64,000 nt of DNA from Epiperipatus broadwayi (Eukaryota; Animalia; Onychophora), in NCBI GenBank assembly GCA_028023455.1, contig JAQFVV010000008.1, positions 15,996,001 through 16,060,000 on the forward strand, in the 5' to 3' direction. The notes under the pieces were generated by a model. The model had not been told where the DNA came from. It worked only from the letters and a program-made list of their open reading frames with translations, and searched no databases. The position numbers and the translations under genes are program-made. Positions 53,101 to 64,000 of this stretch are shown here, piece by piece (positions within the stretch are counted from its first letter, which is position 1; the number at the start of each line of letters is the position of its first letter).

Positions 53101-55519
53101 TTTACAAATGTGAAAACAACTGCTGTATTTCATCCACATGCTTGACAGGAAGAGAAGAAAAATTAATATAATGATTTCCAAATTGTCCACTAAAGCAAAT
53201 AACCTCAATAGAGTCATCATCATTAAATAGTTATACACCTCAAGAAAGAGATTGTTCCCACATAAAACAGAAATAGTAGCTGCAGAAATATAGACAAGTT
53301 TGAACCCTTGGAAATTCGCCACAAACAAAAGATCGGTAATATGACTTTTTATATCTATTTTCTTTATGATATCAGTCTTAATAAACATTTTAGCAATAAA
53401 GTGGTATATTTTTATTTAAAGAACTTTTAAAGACTATTCAGATCGATTAAAACAAGAATGTCTTACTAATAATAACTTTGAGCTTCATAAATGATCTTGA
53501 ATGTATGAAAATTATTTGTTTATTAATTTTACAATATTAATGTGTAAAACAATTTTTTTTTATGGTGTTATGATTTTAGTTTTAACTGATATATTATTAT
53601 TATTTTGGTTTTTAATAATATTTTGTTATTATGGGATAAAACACGCACATACATAATAATATTTTTATATGTGTATAATTGGGAGTGAATGTGAAATAAT
53701 GAGTAGTATTAGAATATTGGATTATTTTGTTTCAAGTTCAGTATAGATTTCAGCGCTTGGAAGGGAGGGGGAGAAAATAATTTAAAACTCTTTTCTAAAA
53801 CTTGCTCTTTCAATTTTACTAACATTTTTTTTTACATTCTATTTACATGTTGGATTTTAAAGTACGTGTGCCAATGAGCAGATAATATTTTTTTTTAATA
53901 CTTTTCTCATGGAGTGAAAATCAAGGTCAATGTGACGTCCAACTTAATACAAAATACATTTGAAGGGAAAGGGGGAAGAACTTAAAATTAATCTGAGGAT
54001 TGTTATATAATCAATTATTATTATTATTCATGTCAATTTTCATATTTATCTAGAAATTTTTATGTATATGTTAGAAATGTAGTAATAAATATTAGTTTGT
54101 TTTATTAAATGAGGCGTATATATTTCATTAAGTGTAGTCTTGGTTAAGTGTGATTATTCATCATCATCAATGGTTGAATATTAGTTATTTAAGATATAAG
54201 TAAATATGCTAAAATTAAGCAATAATTATGAATTTCTTCATAAAATTTAGTTTTATGTTTAGGCTTAGTCCTAGAGCTGTAGTTGAAACCCTTGTCATTA
54301 TTGTTATTATTATCATCATCATCATCATCATCAACGTTTTAATTAATGAGCTGTTTAACTGTTTAAAGGCCATAAATAAATATTGATTTTATAATATTTA
54401 GTGATCTCTTAGTATTATTATAACCACATCCCATCATCTATTTCATGCAAGGATGAGTGAATTGCCATCCTAAATTAGTTATATATAATCTGAGCTAGTG
54501 AACTTATAAAAATATTAAAACACATTTGTTATGTTAAGATCTGAGAAATGATTTATGTCTAATATACTCCACTTTGGTTTAAAGATGTTTTACTTTTACC
54601 TAAATATTAGTGTGCTTATAGTGATATGGCTCAAAAAGCAAAATCTTCCATTTTATTATAAATAAAGTACCAAGAAGGGATTCAAACCCAGTACATGTGA
54701 AAGGTTATTGGATATAACCATGTCTAGATTCAGATAATCTAGTGGCGCCCTGCTAGACCATATTCACTTAGTATTTGTTTAAACATGCACTTAACATCAA
54801 ACCAAGGAATGAAAGTGGATAAAACCTACTGCCTGTATACCTGAGTTATATTTTATTGAATTACTAGTGTACTCACTTCACGTGATTTCATATACCTGAG
54901 TTATAATACATTGCTATAATACTGGTTATTAACAATTTCCCCATAATTCTTGATAGTGTTATATTTTGAACCTTTACTTAATATCTTGATATTTGAACTC
55001 CTTCACTTATATGGTAATATTTTTTGATTCATTTATTATGTTACAATATATATATTATTTTTATTTCATTTATTTTTTATTTCATTCTTATTAATTTTTT
55101 AAATATTTAACTCTAATATTCTATTTTCGTAATGAATAATAATGCAAAATATAAAAGTATGAATATACAATATTAGAGTTAAATATTTAAAAAACTAATA
55201 AGAGTAAGAATAAAAAATAAATGAAATAAAAATAGTATGTATATATGATTATAAGAAGTATTAATTGATAAATATAGAATATAAAAAAGAGCAAAATGTA
55301 TATTACATAAAAAGTAATAATTATATAAAGAGGTATGTAAAGCTATATGTGGATATATAAATAATGATTATAAGATAGAATACAGTATATGTGTATATGT
55401 ACATTATAAAAAAAAATCAAGTCAGATGCCACATGATCTAATTTAATAAGCATGTGTTTACAAATGTTATTTATAGAGCTCACAAAACAAATTCTTAACA
55501 AGCTTTGTAGAATACCCCA

Positions 55520-55559
55520 ACCTCAGACCGGTTTCTGCTACTGGCATCCTCAGTGAGGT
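55520..55559 (-). ncRNA. intact minimal type-I hammerhead ribozyme (family B)
   Basis: Minus strand ACCTCA CTGAGGA TGC-CAGTA-GCA GAAA CCGG TC TGAGGT: 6-bp helix I, 3-bp helix II, palindromic helix III ACCGGU and a GUC site. Confidence 0.85.
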
Positions 55560-56054
55560 GTCAAAATATTCAATCATTAGGTTAGAAATACCAGGACAAG
55601 CTCAGCACTTTATCTATTGTATAACTATTAAGTAGAAACTCTGAAATTTTCAGACATCCATATGTCTTCCAATCCAGCTATCTAACTTAAATAGCCATAT
55701 GAGACTGAACTAAATTCAGATACACCATATATTAATAGTTTTAGCAATATAAAATCACCAAAACCATTATAGCAAAACATAAAATTGCAAAAAAAATATC
55801 ACACGACCTAATTTAATAAGCTTGTGTTTACAAATGTTATATATAGAGTTTGCAAAACAAACTCTTAACAAGCTTTGTAGAATACCCCCAATGTCAGATC
55901 AATTTCTGCTACTGGCACCCTTAATGAGGTGCTAGTAGCAGAAACCTGTCTGAGATTTGGGGTATTCTACAAAGCTTCTTAAGAGTTTGTTTTGCGAGCT
56001 CTATATATAACATTTGTAAACACAAGCTTATTAAATTAGTTCATGTGACATCTG

Positions 56055-59039
56055 TGAAACGGAAATCTCCAATCCCTTTCCGTTTCACCATCAAACCTAA
56101 TGACACTCTCATCTGTGCTAAGTTCGAACCTATTTAAATGTTAATAAATATAAAATTCGTTCATGTCCGTATAAACAGTATTATATATTTACGTGCGAAC
56201 GAACGCTATAATTAGATAGGATTAGTAGAATTATAGCGTACTAAAGTTATTTAATATTTCTAAAAATGTTTATTATATTATTTAAGTTAAGAGTAAATTA
56301 TTAATTTTGTTGTTTAATATTGTAATTTCGTATGTGGATATATAATCTGTGCTATATAGAAGAAAGATATGATTTAAAATATGTAAAAGCCGTTATCTAA
56401 AAATACTAGTAAATGTTTCTTTAAAAATTGTTAAAAGATTTCTTGTTTTAAATATATTTCAGGGAAAAGTTTCTCGAAAATATATTTAAAAGCTATATCA
56501 AAATATATTTGTAAATTATTTTTAATAAATATGATAAAAATGTTTTCGTTTTAAAAAAATGTTAAAAGGTTGTTTTTAAATAGAAAGAGTTTCTATGTAA
56601 GATTAAAAATAAAAGCTGGTCAAGTAATTAAAAGATTTTTGGTTGTAAACAAGTGTCATTAACGACCACACCTGGAATTCGTAAAAAGTAAAACTAGTTA
56701 AAAATTTACTAATTAAAATCTCCTTAGATAAGATTTAAGTTATTTTAAAATCTAAATTGGACAATTGTTTGCAACGAAAAATCTTAATTATAATAATAAC
56801 TTATGGAATGTTTCTAACATAAGTTATCGAAGATCTGAATTATAAATTGAAAAACACTTAATTAAATTCCTGAGTCTTGAGGCGGGAGATTCCGATAAGG
56901 AAAACATATAAATACTCTGTATTTTTTTAGCAAGGGGGAGAGCCATATTGTTAGTGAGAGTTATAGCCAGTATTCACAATTGTTAAGTTGAACATGTCCG
57001 GCTAAAAGCGGGCATCTTGCTGCTGTGACTCCGCGGGAGAACGGGGTTTCTCTCGTCGAAATGCCTAAACCACAATCATGCCGATAGAAGAGACGAGCCT
57101 AACATAATGGGAAAGATGATGCCGCCCAGTCAAACTAAACCAAACCAACAGCCAAGAACTTGCAGATAAATCATACCGGTACCGTTTTATTTTTCAAACC
57201 GCAGAGCTCTGTGTAATTCTGTGTAAATGTAAATAATATCTATATAAGTTAGCTAACTTTCCTTTTAAAATAATGATAAAGCTAAATGTAATCAAAACTT
57301 AAAATCCATTTAATAGTTTAATATGTCAATTGCTATCCAAAATTTAATGTGTTAAAGTTTAAATAATCTGACTTATTTATATTTTCCTTTCATTTAAAGT
57401 GCATTATGTGTTTAGTTTAAAGTTATATCACTGCGGTTGTGTCTATATTTCTTTGTTTATTTTAAATGCTTATTATATTTTATATGCCAATATTTCGAAA
57501 CAGTAGGCACTTATTTTTATGTTTTAAGAAGATATTATTTGAAAATCTTCGCGTAATTTATTTATAGCGTCTACTTTCTGCGCTGTTTCGAAATCCTATT
57601 TTTTTTATTTAAATGATTTAATATGTGAAATGTGGCTCTTTTATAATCAACCAGTTAAAAACTTAACCTTATAAGTTTATTTAGAATTAAATTTAACATT
57701 GATCGTATTTATAAGTATATTTGACATTTAAATTCTTAAGTCCATAGAAATATACTTTCCCTCCTTAAATATTTATTATCTATAAGTAACTTAATAGATC
57801 GAACATGTCAAAGTACAGATGTAATAATACTCCCTTTAGTAGCATAGAAATTTATTATCAGGCTACACAAGAGTTGGTCACAATTTGATAGAGCTAATAT
57901 GCTATTCACTCGTATTTCGTAGTATGAAATATACTATTCTTTGCTTGGCGGATGTGATCTTATTTTATAAAATTATTCTCGTTTTGCTGCTATACGTAAT
58001 ATACGTATCTTAAGATGGAGCCACGGCGTTGCCAGCACATCTTCTCTTATAGGGTAGAGCAGTAGCGAAGCCTGAGCCAAGGCCAGGTTAGCACGTAAGA
58101 CCCCCGCCATTCCTGAACACAATGTTCCTTTTCACGCAGCATTGCGATCGGTTACAGGGTACCGGCGTTTGTCGCAAGAACCCTGAAGTTATTTCATCCA
58201 TCCGCAGAGCGACTTTTCCTATTATTGTTTACCTGTGCCATAGCGCATTGGTAAAATCTTATGCAGCCAACTCTCCCACCTTTATATAACGCTTCCAGCA
58301 TTCTGAAATTTTCTCTCGAAAGCCATGTTCGATCGATCCTTACTTGAGCTGGTTTATGCGCTCGTTATTAAAGTATATTGGGTATTTTAGTAAATAAATC
58401 CATGATCAAAGTTTAATATAATTATTTATATACCAGCCACAAATGTAATAGGATTTGGCTTATCGAGATTTATAGACATAACGTAGTGATTAATTATGTA
58501 TCAATTGTAAACAATTCCTAAGATGGGCACATGTTAAACTCATCTATGAAATTTAATGATTACTTATGTGAAGTGATTTTGAATTACCAAATGTTTGTAC
58601 ATTCTACGCTGAATACTATTGTAAATAAGTGATATATAGCTATGAGTTGTAAATAAATATATAATTAATTTAATGTATTTCGTTCTCTGTCTTGTTATTG
58701 ATTTAATTCAATCCAATTCTAATTATCCTTTATAGTCTATATATGTGAAAACTATGCATTAAGTTAGATTAAATTAGTGATATTTTAGTCAATTAAGAAC
58801 CTTTCTTTTAATTATCAGAGTCTCATTGCTTCTCCGTGACCTATGTCGGCCGTGTGGAAAGAGATCTACTACGTGTAATTTCAAGGTGGTCATTCGTAAG
58901 GTCGTGAATCTTGGAATCCTGGTTGACGAGTTGAAGTGCGGTCGGACTCGGGATGTTACAGTCCTAGTCTGGTCAGCTTCGGTCTTTTTTGCTTGGATTC
59001 TGAATTCTGTTACGCGAATGTACAAACTTGACTGTTACA
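56055..59039. mobile_element. young ORF-less 2985-bp insertion, probably a very long solo LTR
   Basis: Ends TGAAAC...GTTACA with TCTG duplicated (56051-56054, 59040-59043). The empty site is reconstructable from the opposite palindrome arm. CpG-rich, with no internal LTR pair or long ORF. Confidence 0.7.
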
Positions 59040-59286
59040 TCTGACTTGGATTTTTTTTGTAATTTTATATTTTGCTATGATGGCTTTGGTGATTTTATAT
59101 TGCTATGCTATTAATATATGGTGTATCTGAACTTAGTTCAGTCCCATATGGCTATTTAAGTTAGATAGCTGGATTGGAAGACATATAGATGTCTGAAAAT
59201 TTCAGAGTTTCTACTTAATACTTATACATTAAATAAAGGGCAAGGCTTGTCCTGGTATTTTTAATCTAATGATTGAATATCCTAGC

Positions 59287-59326
59287 ACCTCACTGAGGAT
59301 GCCAGTAGCAGAAACTGGTCTGAGGT
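59287..59326 (+). ncRNA. minimal type-I hammerhead ribozyme (family B)
   Basis: ACCTCA CTGAGGA TGC-CAGTA-GCA GAAA CTGG TC TGAGGT. It differs from 55520-55559 only by a CpG transition in helix III. Confidence 0.8.
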
Positions 59327-59659
59327 TGGTGGTATTCTACAAAGCTTGTTAAGAGTTTATTTAGGGAACTCTATATATAACATGCATATATGTAAAATTA
59401 TATGTTCGTGCATGTATATTTGTATTCATGTATTTGTATTGTGTTTGTTCTAGTTCTGAAAAAGATTGCTGGAGCACATAGTGGATTGTATAAAAGCATT
59501 ATAAAAAGTAATAAAGAATATAGATGGTATTAATATGAACTATTATGTAACAAATATTTTGTGCAGTGGTATTTATTTTTCAGCTACATACAACATATAC
59601 ACCTAAATGTTTTGAAACTGTTCTGGTCATGTTAATGGAAAATTAGCATAGATCAAGAA

Positions 59660-60180
59660 CAATTCCCTTCATCAGCAATTTTATCTATGGAATCAATATT
59701 AGTAACAAAAGTAAGTTATGATGAAATCGTTAACAGATTTGTGAAAAAACATTCAAGAAAATAAAATAAATTTATTACATTATATATATTGTTTTCCAAA
59801 ATATTGATTTAATAATATTATACAAAGTTATAAATAAATAATCATTAATACATTATAAATACCAATTTGAACAAAAAATTTTAAAATCAATATTTAAATA
59901 AAGAAAATAAAATAGTATAATGCAAAAAATTATATTTTAATTTTGTGAGTGTTTTATTTTTAAGTAAAGTGATTTATGATTCAAAATAATTAAAAATTCT
60001 AAAAAAAGAATAACCTTATTTATATTAATTATAAACCAAAAAATACTAAATCAGCAAATAAGATAATAATTTTTAAAAACCATATGAGATGTGAGATGGT
60101 TTTACGTACATAAAAATAATTCCTTCCACACAAAAAAATATTGCATGGGGTCCTGCTTTTTCTCAAGCTAACTATGATTG
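59660..60180 (+). mobile_element. 3' end of a hAT (Tip100/hATm-like) transposon
   Basis: DQEQFPSSAILSMESILVTKVSYDEIVNRFVKKHSRK* resembles the hAT C-terminal QERL..LAILSIE...YD.II..FA motif. Confidence 0.5.
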
Positions 60181-60879
60181 TCACAATTAAATACCAATGT
60201 ATTAACTCATTTTTTTGCCAAGGCAAATTTTCTGAACATTTGCTACATGTGAATTAGTCTAAAATTTTATAAGATAGTCAGGTTACTCTTATAGGAATAT
60301 GTTATTCACTAATAGTTAATGGAGCATCATATTATAGAGAAATTTTTCTTTAGTTAAGACTATTTAAATATCCATTTACCAATAAAGATGGCTGCCTTAA
60401 ATAAAATCAAGAGCTTATTTATAACCTGAAAAAAATTTAAAAGTTAATCTAGCTGAAATTCAGACTTGAATTACAGTCACAACAAATACATGTGATAATC
60501 ACCCACCACAATCCCATTGAAATAATTATGATCAAAATTAACTGGTCTCATATTTAATTCACTGATCTTATATTGTTTTTCCATATTCATAAAAAAATGT
60601 GGCATATATCAGTTTAATTTTTTTTTTTTTTTTTTGCATTTCCTCTGGAACAAATAATTAAGAAATATTAAAAACAATTTAATTAAGTTATATTTAATTG
60701 ATTTTGCTTAACATATAAAATACATTTGTATATGATTTTTCTGCTCAAATTTTTATTCTCTCAAGCTGTTTATATTTTGTTTTACTCTTTCATTTAATAA
60801 TAATATGGTGGTGGTGGTAGGGGTAAGGGTAGGGTAGTAGTAATAGTAATAATCATAATTATTATTATTATTATTTTTT

Positions 60880-62830
60880 TTAAAGGGTAAAATTTATTGA
60901 GACTCCGAAGGGATTACATAAATTACATTTGACATGAGGTCTTAAATACAAAGTGATTTATGATATTACATATGCAATAAAGCTTTACATAAAATTTTTA
61001 TATGTGATATTAGGAGAAATATGTGGAAACACATGATAGTATGATTGAAAACATATTGGAGGAGGGGTTGAAGTTGGCGTTGAATTGACAAATGGTCCCA
61101 ATAAAAATTGGGCTTATTTGGTGAGAGTACTATAGTTTATATAGCTAAGTCTTATTGTTCATTTGTTACATAAGTTTCATGTGGGGGAAAAAATGGAAAA
61201 ATACTAGTCAGTATGATTTCCATTTTGGGAAATGAAAAACACCAATTCATCACGCATTGCACGCTGGGAGAATGAAAAAACACTAGTATGCATGAATTGG
61301 ATCCTGGCAAAACAGAAAAATATTAGTCAGCATGAATTGCATCCTGGGAAAATAAAAAATACTAGTTCAGCATGGATTGTATCTTGGGAAAATGTAAAAA
61401 CCGTAGTTAGCATGAATTGCATTTTGAGAAATGGGAAAACACTAGTCTGCATAAACTGTATTCTGAGAAAATTGAAAAAATACCATTTCAGCATAAATTG
61501 CATCCTTTGCATTAATGTTCATTTGTCTTGAGATTGATTGGTCCAGTTAGATAGCCATCTGTGGTATTGAACTATTATAATGAGTGTCTGGAACAGTTTA
61601 TGTAGCTAGTTGTATTATGAAGTTGATAAAATGCCATGAAGGTTGTAGTCATGCCTACCATGGCTTTGGCCACTTATAGGTTGAACTGCTCTCCAACGAG
61701 TGACCATGTCACTGCAAAAATGTCCACGGAGCTATGTTGATATCCCCTGCTTATAACTGGTGTAATTTATTGATAACTGTGCATGGATGTCTCCTGATGT
61801 TGTTGCCTAACAAGAAGGTGCAACAAGTACACCAGAAGGCAAACAGAGTAAGTATGGCTGCATGCACTGCAGGTGTTTAATCTTTAGAAGGATTGAGTTA
61901 TGTTGTGAAGGGCAGACTGCCTGTATGAATTTAACATAATTTACATATACCATTTACACCTTTCTTAAACACTTTATCAATACTCTTTACGTCAAAACTA
62001 ACAATTTTGCAGTCATCATCAGAGCTACAATATTCAAATATATACTTATGTAATTAATACACTTATGCACATATTTGTATACATAATTAAATACACAAAA
62101 TAAACCAATATAAAATACACATTTTAACTTGACCATTATAAATAATCATTTCTTATTTTATTACTTTACTCTTAAATTCTATTAATATTTATTTTATATC
62201 ACTTTATCTTATTTTTTTAAAATATTATTTATTATAATCATAAACTTTAACATTTATTCTTTTATTTATTACATATTATTGTCATTTTACTTATATTATA
62301 AATCAACTGCTAACCTTTTCTTATTTTTATTAAATATTTTACAATTATCAATTAACTTTTCTCACATTACAAATTATTTTTTTACATTACAAAAATTGCC
62401 TACCTCTTTACAATCCTATTTCTATAAACCCAACTGACAAAATTTTCAAAATTTGTACACTTGTTTAACACCTTCCTCTATTGTTATTTTCTTCAACTTT
62501 ATTCTTTTAATATTTTTCAAATTCAAACTATTATTAATAATAATTACTTATAAAATGATTGTCTTTACCCTTAAGATTTGTTTTTAATGATATATGTGAT
62601 GATTGTAGGGCTGGGGGAACTGTATATGAATATTATGTTTAGTGCTACTGTATGGTAGTAGAATATAGTAATTAGTAAGTGCCCATCAATATATAAAATT
62701 TTAAATGACTTGAATGGACAATCGAATGTGATGAGAATATCAGTGCCTGCTGATGATGAGGAAGTACCTTTGGAGCAACACACAGAAGCCATCTCTATGG
62801 AGGTAATCAGTAGGGTCAATTCGAGATTTT
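60880..62830 (-). mobile_element. internally deleted L1/Tx1-like LINE
   Basis: The endonuclease-like ORF 62571-62819 reads SAGTDIL...IDGHLL...LNIIFIYS. The C-terminal LFAFWCTCC...NNIRRHP (about 61800-61860) is homologous to ORF 548-958. Confidence 0.6.
61190..61510. repeat. about 39-40-bp minisatellite, about 8 copies
   Basis: Consensus AAAAATACTAGTCAGCATGAATTGCATCCTGGGAAAATG; it explains ORFs 61232-61531 and 61327-61512. Confidence 0.85.
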
Positions 62831-63249
62831 CTGTATATTTTGGTTTCCAGTAATAATAATAATGATAATAATAATGATGATGATGACAATAATATATATT
62901 ATAATAATATTATTAATAATATATATATATAGTGTATGATTAATGAATGTTTTTATTTTTTTATTTTTTATTACTCCCTAAAACATATATCTTTTTTAAA
63001 TTTTTATGTGCAATCTGTAATTGGCCTTTGGCTGTAGATATTCTACATTACATAAAGAATTGAATAGATCATTATTTTTTCATCACCAGGGGATTTTGAT
63101 AGGCATGGATTATATCTTAAGCTTTTTATATCTAAAATTTGTTACTTTGTTGGAAGAAAATATTAAATAATTTTTTAAAACTTTATTTCTAAGTATATAT
63201 TCTATTACTGTATTCAATTTATTTTAATATGTAATATAGAGAATGTACT

Positions 63250-63830
63250 AATAGCTCAAACAAGCTTTTAATTGATAAGTGCAGTAAGAGAAAATATTTA
63301 AAATCTCTATATGGAATGTTCCTATCTCCAGACTAATTGTTTTCGAATTTATGGCTCACCTCAGTAAGGAGCTAGAACATTCAGACACTAGATCTAAAAT
63401 ATCAAGTCAAAAACAGCATTTATTTAATACATAATATTTAAGTAGAAACTCTGAAATTTTCAGACATGAAGCTATCTAACTTAAATAGCTATATGGGACT
63501 GAGCTAAATTCAGATCTGCCATATATTAATAATCTTATCATTGCCAAGGCCTTAAAGGTAAAATTATAGTAAGTAATAAAGCAAGTCATATAATGTGTGG
63601 CATTGCTTTTATAAGCTTATATTTACAAATATATAATATAGAGAGCATATCAATCACTCAAACAAGCTTTTAAATGATAAGTGTGGTAAGAGAAAATATT
63701 TAAAATCTTTGTCTGGAACGTTCCTATCACCAGACAAATTGGTTTGAGCTTATAGCTCACCTCAGTGAAGAGCTAGAACATTCAGAAACTGGATCTAAAA
63801 TATCAACTCAAAAACAGCACTTATTTAATG
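63250..63830 (-). mobile_element. family C tandem retrozyme/pLTR-like units (period 402) with variant hammerhead cores
   Basis: CAAGCTTTTA occurs at 63261 and 63663. Both units read CTGAGGT GAGC-NATAA-(GC/AT)TC...TC TGG on the minus strand. 63430-63525 matches family B at 55625-55735. Confidence 0.75.
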
Positions 63831-63831
63831 C

Positions 63832-64000
63832 TGAAATGGTAGTCATTTTGATTCCCTACTGCTTCATTTTCAACCTGATTTCCAACCATCTGTGCTAGGT
63901 TTAAACCCTATCAAAATAAATACTTAAAACAAATATAAATGTGCTATTATGGATAGTTGTTCAGCATTATATATGTACATATGAATGAATGCTGTATACA
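63832..64000. mobile_element. older diverged copy of the left end of the 56055-59039 element (runs off the window)
   Basis: TGAAATGG...CATCTGTGCTAGGTTT...CAGCATTATATATGTACATATGAATGAATGCT aligns to 56055-56210, and many differences are CpG transitions. Confidence 0.7.

Larger units (their letters stand above)
55405..59385. mobile_element. family B hammerhead retrozyme/pLTR palindrome (two tandem 370-380-nt units per arm), interrupted by a 3-kb insertion
   Basis: The left arm 55405-55920 has direct repeats with period 370 (AGCTTTGTAG at 55501, 55871). The fold-back centre is at about 55925. The right arm, 55930-56054 plus 59044-59385, is its reverse complement. Confidence 0.85.

Noticed and set aside
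53092-53388. 98-aa hydrophobic ORF as a membrane protein
   Set aside because: It is better explained as the antisense of a decayed Penelope-like ORF; AT-rich DNA readily gives hydrophobic ORFs.
56040-56090. Helitron 3' end (hairpin plus CTAA on the minus strand)
   Set aside because: The CTAA lies in flanking family B sequence that is also present at the empty site, so it is not part of the insert.
57015-57065. Hammerhead in the 3-kb element (GAC...GTCGAAA)
   Set aside because: There is no CUGANGA core and no helix I.
58010-58200. HDV-like ribozyme in the GC-rich island
   Set aside because: P1/P2/P3/P1.1 could not be assembled by eye.
58789-59044. Opposing 72-78 aa ORFs at the end of the 3-kb element
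   Set aside because: They are short, have no recognisable motif, and are expected by chance in a locally GC-rich stretch.
60805-60880. Telomere-like or G-quadruplex tract
   Set aside because: It is an irregular GGT/TAG/TAA compound microsatellite with only three GGG runs and no fixed telomeric unit.

Overview
Very AT-rich, CpG-depleted animal-type genomic DNA. It is almost entirely a nested mosaic of decayed transposons: L1/Tx1-like and RTE LINEs, Gypsy remnants, three hAT/Buster elements with TIRs and 8-bp TSDs, a piggyBac-like remnant and a Penelope-like RT remnant. No intact multi-exon gene or full-length transposase/RT ORF is visible. Four things stand out. (1) Several related families of short repeats carry minimal type-I hammerhead ribozyme motifs (CUGANGA-helix II-GAAA-palindromic helix III-UH). 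They resemble Penelope pLTRs/retrozymes and are repeatedly inserted as fold-back palindromes; the best cores are at 55520-55559(-), 59287-59326(+) and 28901-28942(+). (2) A young, CpG-rich, ORF-less 2985-bp TG...CA element with a terminal hairpin sits inside one of these palindromes. An older relative with a compensated hairpin directly follows another hammerhead unit. (3) A 4 x 134-bp tRNA-derived tandem array is present. (4) A candidate first coding exon of a PARP14/PARP10/DTX3L-type RRM protein (47585-47762, minus strand) has an adjacent kappaB-like site and a dead duplicate at about 29.1-29.3 kb. All calls were made by eye; no database searches or folding programs were run, and boundaries of decayed elements are approximate.
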